Part shown: positions 24,001 through 34,721 of the stretch, one piece after another | Position numbering within the stretch: the stretch's first letter is position 1 | Layout: each line of letters starts with the position of its first letter | DNA from: Magallana gigas | Taxonomy: Eukaryota | DNA length: 64,000 nucleotides | Assembly (NCBI RefSeq): GCF_963853765.1 | Contig: NC_088860.1 | Location: forward strand, 30,504,001 to 30,568,000 | Reading direction: 5' to 3' | Made by a program: the position numbers and the translations under genes | The notes under the pieces: generated by a model | What the model was told of the DNA's origin: nothing | What the model saw: only the letters and a program-made list of their open reading frames with translations | Databases searched by the model: none

Positions 24001-24780
24001 GGTAGAGAGTACTTGGATGGATGTTGATATATTCATGCTACACTGCACCTTTTTGAGCTCAAAATCAGAGAAAAACCAGCAGTGGTTGTTGAAATTTGCA
24101 TGTAAAGATTCAGAATTGGGGGGGGGGGGGTATGGGGAAGACAAATACGATTGCGGGAGAAATTTGTCTCCCGCGCGGGAGATAATTTGGATGCGGGAGA
24201 TCTTAGATTTTTAGGCCGTTTTGCGGGAGTCTCCCGCGCAATGCGGGAGGGTTAACAGGTATGCAATTTCAAATCAAATCAATAAATTTTCAAATCTCAG
24301 CAAGATCGATTCGCTGAGACTTAAAAATTTTGACTGTACATGTATGTCTCCTTGGAAAAGACTTCAGTCAAAATTTTCTGTCCTGGTAAATCTCACTGCG
24401 ATTAGAAATTTACATAAATGCTCTGAATATAAATATTATAGATCAAAGTGTGTGTGTTTTAAATGGATATATAGATGGCACCATACTTGAGAATTTAACA
24501 TCATGGTATAAATCGACTCCCTCTCCCCACTCAGCAGGAATACATCATTGGTGACTAGTCCTTGTAAAAATGGAAACACATCAGCTCCTTGTAATCTGAC
24601 CATGCCCCGACTCTTTATATTATAAAGCTTCCATGATTTCCATTCCTGGTAGGTTCTTGTTTCCCTCCCTGGGAAACTGATACCGTCTCCATTGTTTGTT
24701 TCAACCTTGTGACAGCGACATAAGATGGATATAGGCCTTCTCTGTATTATTGTTAGCCAGTTTGTTTTGAGAAGCCTCAT
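18081..24780 (-). CDS. IBA57: Mitochondrial iron-sulfur cluster assembly factor IBA57 (CAF17/YgfZ family), 360 aa
   Basis: Exons 24780-24487, 19832-19698, 19570-19390, 19093-18947, 18677-18578, 18306-18081 (1083 nt), GT-AG and phase-consistent. Signature [44 protein letters not shown]; N-terminus resembles a mitochondrial presequence. Confidence 0.95.
20690..21640. repeat. AT-rich cryptic simple repeat (atatcat/atacaat motifs)
   Basis: About 950 bp of reiterated tatcata, tacaata, tatgata motifs inside the HINE. Confidence 0.85.
21830..23120 (+). repeat. About 177-bp satellite array (about 7 units)
   Basis: Anchor cagcatc at 21844, 22002, 22271, 22448, 22624, 22801, 22978 (last four spacings 177, 176, 177, 177); conserved ccatgcaagtttggtgaag block. 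Confidence 0.92.
24140..24260. repeat. GCGGGAG-rich DNA-transposon fragment
   Basis: Repeated gcgggag/ctcccgc motifs ending gttaacaggtatg; matching left end not found. Confidence 0.45.
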
Positions 24781-25363
24781 TTTACATTGTATCTGTAGTT
24801 AATTTCTAAAAGGTAAATCATAAATCATAGACAGGTGTTCGTGCATGCATACCAAAGAAAAATATACTGTCGTGAAAATGTCGTGAAATGAAAGCACACA
24901 AGCAAAACATTTGAAAATTAGCAAAAATTGCATATTGTGTAGACTATATAAGTGATACCTTTAAAAAAATTAATTGATAACTCATAGAATTAAATATTAG
25001 CGGATTTAGCCTACCTAACTGTGGCTAACATTAATCCGAATAGATCAAGAAAAACTGGAAACAAAATGCGAGTCCTAAAATTCAAAATTGAACTCGTACA
25101 GAATTCAAAATTCCGTAAATTTATTCAGTTTCCCCCCACATCACATTGAGAAGTTTGTGACAGATATTTCTGCCCCCCCCCCCCCCCCTCACCTTTTTAT
25201 TTTTGCATTGAGATGGTAAGGGTTGAGATTGAACGTTAACCTCCCCCGTGCAAAAGAATAAGAAAAAAAAAACTATTCCCGTTTGCACACCAAAAGGATA
25301 GGAAACATGTTCTTATGTTCTTTCAACTACATTGTAACTATATATTAATAGTATACTATACTA

Positions 25364-25499
25364 NNNNNNNNNNNNNNNNNNNNNNNNNNNNNNNNNNNNN
25401 NNNNNNNNNNNNNNNNNNNNNNNNNNNNNNNNNNNNNNNNNNNNNNNNNNNNNNNNNNNNNNNNNNNNNNNNNNNNNNNNNNNNNNNNNNNNNNNNNNN
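25364..25499. other. Assembly gap (136 N)
   Basis: N run; right flank gacagacgaacaaacagac resembles the tetranucleotide tail of a HINE, so a collapsed repeat is likely. Confidence 0.97.
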
Positions 25500-25599
25500 G
25501 ACAGACGAACAAACAGACTATGCCAGAGCAAAAAGACTACAACTTAGCGTTGAAAAATTACACTAAGTATCTATACGGTCTATTTTTACGAAAGCCCAT

Positions 25600-25730
25600 T
25601 TAGCGCGATATAACGCGAAACTTGTGCAAATAAACGCGTATATAACTTTCGCGAACAAACGCGAAACTTTCGCGATATAACGCAAAACTTTCGCGAAAGT
25701 TTCGCGTTACATTCGCGTATAAACGCGACA
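25600..25730. repeat. CGCG-rich short repeat cluster (transposon interior fragment)
   Basis: Reiterated cgcgaaactttcgcg / ataacgcg motifs, partly palindromic. Confidence 0.6.
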
Positions 25731-26883
25731 CTATAAATAAATGATGTCATATTTCATACAAATACCCTAATGATTTTTAAAATGGTGGAAATAATTCAAC
25801 CAGATCAGTGCAAAATTACCACCAGGTCACATTAAATATCTTTTCCGATAAAATACAAATATTTCAATAAGAATTAAATCCACGTTCTTCAAACCAACGT
25901 AATCCATTTTGAATTTCTTCTTCTTTATTCACTAATATTTTTTATTTTAATTTATTAACGTAATTTACAATTCTCCATACGTCTTCCTTACGCCTGTGAA
26001 TTTCAAATACATTACATTCGAGGCAATTAAGACACTTTTTGTCTAATAATTACGTCTGAAAATATGATTTTTATATAATATTTTTATATTATATTATATA
26101 GATTTTCTAATCAAACATGAATGCAAAATGGTCATAATCAAACTTTAATCGGGGTTAGTTTCTTCACCCCCCCCCCCCTTTCCTCCTTTTACATAAAAGA
26201 AAAATGCCGTGACAAAAGATTAAAATTTACAAATCAATTACTGAAAAATATTTCGAGACTGTCTGTATTTACATGTATAGGACATTCCTAAAAGATATGC
26301 TTCGCGCGGATTGATTTTTATAAGTAAAAATTCTAAAAAGCAACCACATATTGTCATAGCGAAGTAATTGTAAATATTCAATCAATAACTGTTAAAATAC
26401 CACTATTCTATTTTCAAGCAAGAGTAATATATTGTTATTGTTATTAGCATATATATAGTTCAGGATTTAATTGATTATCAGTGTTTATCTTTGGTGCCAA
26501 CAAATGGCACTTAAAAGCCCAATGTGGAAAGGAGATTCTTAAAACTGAGCAAACATTTTTTGGAATTACTCTACTTTTTCACATTGTTTAAACCCATTTT
26601 CGGGTGGGCTTTTCTTTTGACAGACATTTACATACCAGCTTCATCTTCTACGGTAAAAGCGCATTTCAAAATCATCACACATGAGGGCATTTCTTTGAGA
26701 AGTTTATTAGATCCAGTGGAAAGGAATTATGACAATACGAGCATTAATAATTTCAAATTTCCTGGCATTTTGTGAGTTGAAATCTTTAAATTTTAAGTCA
26801 AATTCCAAATGTTCTTATCTATCAATATGTCTAATATCTATCTCCATATAAATCTATCTCTAGCTTTGATTCTTTTATTGCAG

Positions 26884-29289
26884 GTGTCATAGCAAATCCA
26901 AGAAAAAATGAGCTTAACAACTCCAAGAAAAGCGTGGAACCGACCGTGTTTTGGCCCATACTCAGATCCCGACACAACATCACCGACCCACAGTACAGGT
27001 AAAACATTCTCGTAGTCTCTAGCACCGAGGTTCAGTGGTAATAATATTGTCATTTGCAAAAAAAAAATATATTGTCATGTACATAATTCAATTCTCAAAA
27101 GTTTTGTAATAGAAAGTACATTGTATTTGTTTTAAGAGCTAGTATAGTAGATAGAATTATACTGATTATCATATAAGGGAATAGCCGTCAAGTTAGTACT
27201 TTTAGGGCTATTAGGTGGCCATAGTACTGTTGTTACGGGTTCAAATCTTCCTACTGGTGGCCGTTTTTCTTTGTGAGACCATAAAACCGAAATTAAGTTT
27301 GAATCTATCATGTGTCAGGGTTTTCCTCCCTTTTTCTTTCAGTGTGGCTTTCCTTCACTCTGTCACTATGGTAACGAACCCGCCAACTTCTCTCCCATAT
27401 CCAATACACTTTTTGAAGTTCTCGGGTACTTCCGACTCTTTTGCTGAGGCTCCTTGGGATGTGAACAGTTTTTCGACCAACACTTCAATGGCAATCCTGT
27501 TATATCTATATTTCGAAGAACCAATGCAAAATGCAACTTTAATCCAGTTTGAAGGTAACAGTGGCGGATTTGAACTGATGTTGGAAAGCGGCATTTTGAA
27601 AGCTCGGTTTCACTCCCTTGATGGAACAAAATTTGAACACAGTGCCCCAGAATTCGACCTTAAAGCCCACGAGTGGCATTTTGTTGGCGCCGAGTACAAC
27701 CACCTATGGGATCCCGACGACCAGTTTGATTTGCTGTATGTCAGCGAGTCTGCATTCAATGCGACAGCCCATGTCTCCACACTTCGTAATGTCGGTAACA
27801 TTCCAGATATCGATATCAGTGGATGTCTGCGCATTGGGAAAAACTTTAACGGAGATATGGCGTTTCATGGGTATATGTCATGCCTTCAGTTTTATGAAGT
27901 CTCGGTTTACCACCCGAAGGAAATTCTCAAGATCGACCTGTTTTTAAAATGTGACCCCAACCTATGGACGATGGACTGTGAGTTTGTATATGATTTTTGA
28001 ATTTTTATATTTATTTATGTTCTCACAAACTGAAACAATAACTTAACAATGCATGTAATATAAGTTGAATTTATTACCTGATTACATGAATGGCCAAGTT
28101 GTATTGATACACTAGTTTCAATGCTAATAGGACTTAATTTGTTAATGTGAGCAGATAAATGAGGTCTGGTTACAATTTTTCAGGGGACACAACAGCAGAT
28201 TTTATTCCAGAAGCATCTCCTTTTTGCGTGTCAGATGTTACAACTACACAGCAAATGACACCAACTGAGCATTTCTCAGCATCAACGACAGAGTACGGAT
28301 CAACAATTCGGCAGTTCACTACACAACCTGTAACAACATTCGAACAATCAACCATATTGGACATGTCAACGATACGGACTGGAACAACTGACAAACAATC
28401 AACGACGCAGTCTGGATCAACAGTCAAGCTGTCCACGACAAAGCCCGAGTCGACAGTCGAGCAACTGTCGACAAGACAAGAGTCGACAGTCGATCATCTG
28501 TCGACAAAGCATGGATCGACGGGGCATCAAGAAACTACGACTCTGTCTGGATCGACAGTCGAGGTATTAACGACAAAGCCGGGGTCCGCAGATGTACAAT
28601 TGACGACAGATCCATTAGTTCCGGGGTCCACAGTCGAGCAACACAGCACTAGACATGGGTCGACGGTACAGCAATTTACGACGAAGACTGGATCATCTGT
28701 CAAGCAACCATACACATATTCTGAATCGACAGTTCAACAATTCACTACAGATTCGGGGTCGACGGTCGATCAACAAACGACAAAACACGGAATGACGGTA
28801 GATCAGATTACGACAGGGTATGGGTCACCTGCCAAACATCTAACAACCTTGCCTGGATCGAAATTCGAACGAACCACGGCAAATGCAAAGTCGACAGTCG
28901 AGAATCTCACATCGCATTCTGGGTCGACAGTCGAACAATTCACAACACAATCTGGGATGAAATTCGGGTCAGGATCGGGATCGACAATTTCGCAATCAAA
29001 TATTTCCTCCACAGCAGCAAAACCAACCCTTTGGTCCTTTGAGTCCCCTTTAGAACGCTGCGTTCGATTTGAAAAACTGTCGAGCAATCGAGCAATCAAG
29101 GTTGCAGATTTAGGTATGTACACGTTTACAACGATGTCGGAATGTGTATATCAATGTCTTACAAATGACATGTGTTTGGCTATTTCCGTTGAATACGTTA
29201 GTGGTTCCATTCTGTGCTCAACCAGTTCCGATTACTCCAGCACAGTGTTCGCTTCTGGACACGAAACTTATTACCGATTTTATATGTAA
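26884..29289 (+). CDS. Uncharacterised LamG/concanavalin-A-like + 11-aa S/T-rich repeat + PAN/apple protein (5' exon unresolved, at least 617 aa)
   Basis: Exons 26884-26998, 27343-27977, 28184-29289 with strong acceptors/donors and consistent phases (1,2,1). LamG-like motifs (EWHFVGAEY, LRIGKN...FHGYMSCLQFY); about 20 GSTVEQxTTxx units; C-terminal C..CVYQCLTNDMC..C PAN pattern. Confidence 0.8.
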
Positions 29290-29688
29290 AAATCTAGTTT
29301 TGCTGTGTATTGACAAGACTATATATGAAGGTTAATTACCATCTTTTCTGAAAAATATTAGGATATATACATGTACGTAGAATACATCAATAATTTTATT
29401 TTGGTATATAACGTGTTGTTGAGTTGTGACGTCGTACAATATGATGCCATCCTTTTCTGTGACTTTCTGGCACTCATTCAAAACCCCACTTACTAGTATG
29501 TTGGAAATATTTTATTTATGATATAGAAAGAATATGGAATTGTTGTAAACGCATGAAAAATGTTAATCCGAAAGAAATCAAGAATAATATTTATTTTGAA
29601 TAAAGTGGTATGCAAAGACGATTTAAACAAACTTAGTACAGCTAAGAGGTTCAAGGGGCAATGCACTGTACCTATCATTAAAATGAAC

Positions 29689-29691
<3 letters not shown>

Positions 29692-29759
<68 letters not shown>
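29692..29759. repeat. (GA)n microsatellite
   Basis: Pure GA run. Confidence 0.98.
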
Positions 29760-29762
<3 letters not shown>

Positions 29763-31270
29763 TGTCAATTTTGTATAATTTACACTCACCAGTAAAATCA
29801 AAATTTAGAACATGACAAAATGATAACATTGAAATTAGCGAAAAGATTCAATATAATGTTTAAAATGTGTTTACTTTCAACTTATATGTAACATATTGTT
29901 AAGGCGGTTTAAAGTGTTTCGATAAAATACAAACATACAAAAATATATTTTGTAGCGAAAAACAATCGTAGACTTTAAAAAAGTTGTTTGTTGAGGACAC
30001 TTTGTAAACAATTAAATTCTTCCCTCGTTGTGTAAATCCATCCATCTTAACTTTTGTGTCTCAAGACATTTTTAGATGTTTTTTATGTTTGATGTGAACG
30101 AATGAATACCACACCACTAATAAATACTTAGATCGATTACTTACGATGTATAAACATTAGATCAATTCATACATCAATGATTTGCTAAATAATTAAACAC
30201 AACATAGATACGGTGGATTTAAACAAAAAACAACAAAATTTGTCCGTATAAAAATCATCACTTGCATAGAGGGGAAAGAATTTAGCCCCTTAATCAATGT
30301 ACGATATGAATGTGATTGTAATAAGGGGCATGCAAACTTTATAGGATATCGTATGTATTTAGTTTCGTTTCATCAATCTGATGTATTGTATACTGCCAAA
30401 GTTCCCTTTTTATGGGTTATTTTCACGAACAAAGACTACGTTCCTCTTCAATCTTTTCAATAGGGGAAAACCACAAAACGCTGTCCAGGTGTGGTCAAGA
30501 AGTTGACCTGTGTGCCTGGTCAGCCACGCCGTGTCATAACAAGCTCTGTAGGGGGTCACACGTTCTATAGCGACCCCTCGCTCCCTCCCAAAACCGTAGC
30601 AGAAGTTTCACCTCATCCTAACCTGACGACCGATGAATGAATCCCACGTTCCATTCATAAAAATATTTGGCCTGAGAGACTCCGAATCCCTGACCACGCG
30701 ATGACCAATCCGGGCAGACTATTTGTGTAATTGGTCAGGCTAAGAGAGGGTCCCCCGGGGCGGTGGGCCGTATAAAAGAAGTAAGGTTAACCTCTAAATG
30801 TGATTTGTGAAGAAAGAGAAAAAAAGATGTGTGGGTTTTTTTCGTGTCATTACGTAAATGTAACCCCACTTTCACCTCTTGTGTGTATTTAAATATCTAT
30901 CTATGTATACCAATCTTATGTTGTACCCAACGTCAACAAATTATTTTCGGCCCCGTGAAAACCCTTAATGAAGTTGTTTACCTTAAACTACGCTCGTAAA
31001 CAAGAGTATTTACGAAAATTCTCACCAGTTCTCCTTATGTAATTAGATGAATTACCTATTGTGGGAATAGTAGATATTAGAGGGCATGACCTTTTGCACT
31101 GTATAAGTTATCTGTTAAACAGTGGACTTTAAACTGTAGTAGCATTAGATTATATTTAATTTTATAAATAGAAAAAAATACCCTAATAAATTCTTTAAAT
31201 ACGATTTATGAATTGAGCCCAAGTTCTTTAATTTAATAGGTAATCATTTCAAGCATTTTTAAAGGAATTT

Positions 31271-31271
<1 letters not shown>

Positions 31272-31344
<73 letters not shown>
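31272..31344. repeat. (CT)n microsatellite
   Basis: Pure CT run. Confidence 0.98.
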
Positions 31345-31348
<4 letters not shown>

Positions 31349-32797
31349 GATGCGAAATTCTGCTACCTTAATAATTTTAGTAGGACAAAAATTTTGAATA
31401 CAAGTGACTGTTATAAAGTTATATTTTTCATGTTGTGTTTTTGTACCTGTATGATAATTTTGAATTCTTTTAGTAACACTTTCACCAAAAAAAGGTATAA
31501 ATTTCCATACCAATGAATTCTCTTTCAATGAATATTAGGCTTAAAAATTGAAATTTCTGAATCGATATACAAGTGTTTTGCACAAAGAAATTATCGTGAA
31601 TAAAAAGTATGTACGTGGTGATCAAATGCAATAAAGCCCAAAACGAATAATGATAGACTTGATCATCCCGATCGTATTTGATCGCCTCATAATATTCAAA
31701 TAATGATTCCTTATTATATATATCATTTCGTTTAATTATGCAAACCTCGCTTGAGCCCACAATACTTGTAATGTATTGGACTATATGTTACAAGTGTTAT
31801 CACATACAAAGACAATGGGAAGTCAAATTTTAAAATATGTTCATTTGTAATTCTTAAAAGACGTTCTACTACTTATTGTATAATAAAATTAATAATTTGA
31901 AATGACAATTTTTATATGCAGTTTTTGTTTTGTTTTATTGTATGCTTTTTGCGTGTTGGACAAACATATGAATTGGTCTGAGACTATTTACACACCGAGA
32001 GAAAAAGTAGGTGTGAAGAAATTTTGTGTCAATGATCAGGATGAATGCGGCTCCGTGCCATTTTGTCATATACATGTAAGTGCCCAAAGAATTATTTCTG
32101 CTAACATTTTTCCCTCATATAAAACGGTCTATGTAGATAAAGTATACTTATTTCTCCTTTATCTATTTTGGGCAGGTCATGTGTTGGCGTGTCCCTTATA
32201 TTATTGTTTCTGACCATCGAAGGACCTTCTCCTCAAACAGTGAGTATACATGACCTATATACTGAGTGTTTATCTGTGTGCGCCAGGTGGACTTTCGAGC
32301 GTTTATAACTGACCCTTCCACCGGAGTCCATGTGACCTCGCATTACGCAAAACCTTCCGGTGACAATTGAGGTCAGATAACAAATTTATATCACTTCGAG
32401 AGAGAAATTAAATTTCTTTCTCATAATCATTTTAGTTTTCATTTAAAATTAAATTCTGCTGACTCTGAATTTTTTCCTTGCTTTTTTTTCATAAATATAT
32501 TTTATTTTACAATCACATGCAGTACCTTTTTCCTTTCCATCATTTTTCTTTCCCTTCAATTTATTTAACTTCCAAAAGAAAATTATCTTAAAATTAGAAA
32601 TAAACTAATTTTAATTTTAAAGATTTCTTAGGCCATAAGATAAACTGAAGCCTGAAATGACCCCGTAACATAAAAGCAAAGAGCCCCAAGGCGCTATTTT
32701 TCATTCCTTGTTATCAGATTTATCAGTTTCACTCGTGTCCGAAATATTTGGCGGGAAAATCACAGATATCAATGAAAAATCGGCCGTCCCCAGCGTA

Positions 32798-32811
32798 AGG
32801 TCACGGGGTCA
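32798..32811 (+). promoter_or_regulatory. Perfect DR2 nuclear-receptor element (candidate retinoic acid response element, RARE)
   Basis: AGGTCA-cg-GGGTCA, about 520 bp upstream of the CYP26-like TATA box. Confidence 0.6.
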
Positions 32812-33317
32812 CTTAGCGCTGGACCGAACCCCATCACTCGTGGTCAAGGGGCCAAACAAAGGTCGATTTCCTAGGTATTTGGAGAGAAAAAAACATGGGC
32901 CCGATGTCTATCTTCATTTTTATCATATTTAATGAATCATTATTCTTTATTTCTCAACTCTTTTATTTGATATTACAATATTTTTTAATTTTTTCTAAAA
33001 CTTAAAAACTCGATAATCAACTCAAAATTTACACATACACGAGTCGAAAGTTTTAAATTTCTTAAATAAACAAAATCATTACGATTTTTTTTATTAAACA
33101 CTATAATCAAAACTTTAAAAGAAAAATTTGATTCACTAAAAAAGAGCTAATAAATCTTGCTAGTGGGTACGAAAATCGCACAAATTACAATAGAGCCAGG
33201 AATGCGGAATGAGGAAGCCCACCCCTGCGGCCTCTACGGTGATTGTTTGTGACCGAGGTCTGCGCTCAACTGTTGTTACGTGGTGCTGATTGTTAAAAAG
33301 AGCCAACTGGTCGGTCA

Positions 33318-33337
33318 ATTGGACACTTGTATATAAA
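33318..33337 (+). promoter_or_regulatory. Core promoter of CYP26-like gene (inverted CCAAT + TATA)
   Basis: attgg at 33318-33322 and TATATAAA at 33330-33337, about 55 bp before the ATG at 33390. Confidence 0.6.
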
Positions 33338-33389
33338 CGCCTTAGCACTCTGTTAGTGCCAGAGCTGGTATCCTTCACCTGAGCAAGTC

Positions 33390-34672
33390 ATGGGGACGAC
33401 CGAGTGGCGCTGGCTCAACACAAGTACTGGCCCTGATGTCCTGTGCCCCTCCAACGCAAGCTGTCAAGTTCTTTTTCTGAAAGATGCTAAATCAGCTGAA
33501 TTACAGTGAGTGTGATTTTTTCAGAAAAATAAAAAAAAAATATATTATTGACGGTTATTTTATTTTAAAAAAATTATTGAAATTTTTATCCATTTTTTTA
33601 GTCTAATTTTTTTCTTTAGATTGCTCTGATTTTACTTTCAAAGGGTAAATTTGATTGTGCATTTTATGAATGAAAAAGAAAATGTTGTGTTTAGCTGTTT
33701 TGATTTTAATATTTCTATGATTTTTTTTCTTCATTTGTTTCAGATACGTATCTTTGTATCTGCTATTTAGGCGCCTGACGTACATTGTATACCCATCAAT
33801 CATATCATGGCTTCTCGTCCTGCTTTGTTGCAAATTCTGGAAATCCTACGTTTGTTTAAATAAAGATCCCTCCTCTCAAAGACCATTACCCCCGGGGGAC
33901 CTAGGCTTGCCATTCATTGGAGAAACTTTATCGTTTTTATTCCTTGTAAGTACAATTTTCTTGAACCTGTATGTGTGAAGGCCACTAGTATTTGCATTGG
34001 TCGTTCTTACGTAATGTGCTTATGTTTTCTTTAAAGACATTTAAAGGATTAGGAAATTTCTTTTTATCCATACAGAGCATGACCCGGTTTAAATTCCGAC
34101 AGGGGTATAAAGGTTCAAAACATCACAAGGCAAATATTGTCTTCCAGTAATGAGGTCATTATTCAAACAGTCGACTTGCGTCATCGAATCCTTTATTTAC
34201 GGCGGAATTGCGTAATAAACTATTCCCGTTTGAAGTTCGATTAAATTATTGAAAGATTTGAAACGAAAATTCAAAATTCATGAATGATTTGATATGCTGA
34301 TTTATTTACAAAAATGCTTGTAAAGTAAGGTTTTTCTTAAAAATCAAAAACGTCCCGATTAAACTTTATGATAGTATTTCAAGACTAATCAATCGATACG
34401 AGGAGTATTTGCTTTAATTTCACCAACTACATTGACATTTTATCTGGAATATATACGAGTAAGTAGTAGTTATGTAGAGTAAATACAATTTCCCTCAGTT
34501 CGGGATAAAAGTTACATAACGCGCCCCAAATAACTAAGGACACTGATAGGTACTAAAATCGATGCCCTATATCTATACGAGAGTATCAGCAACTCTCGCA
34601 ATAGACTTAACTTATGAAATACCATTACAATTCTCTTACAAGATAACGAAGAAAATTCTATAAACTACACCC

Positions 34673-34721
<49 letters not shown>

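Noticed and set aside
25315-25566. ORF spanning the N run
   Set aside because: Artefact of the assembly gap.
26504-26605. Signal-peptide exon for the LamG-PAN gene (RRFLKLSKHFLELLYFFTLFKPIFG, donor gtgggc)
   Set aside because: No in-frame ATG (the local ATGs give MALKSPMWKGDS*) and its phase 2 does not fit the strong acceptor at 26883; left unresolved.
27215-27342. Hydrophobic N-terminus of ORF 27215..28000 as a signal peptide (likewise the 46352-46409 leader)
   Set aside because: Lies upstream of a strong polypyrimidine acceptor and starts at a non-ATG codon; intron read-through.
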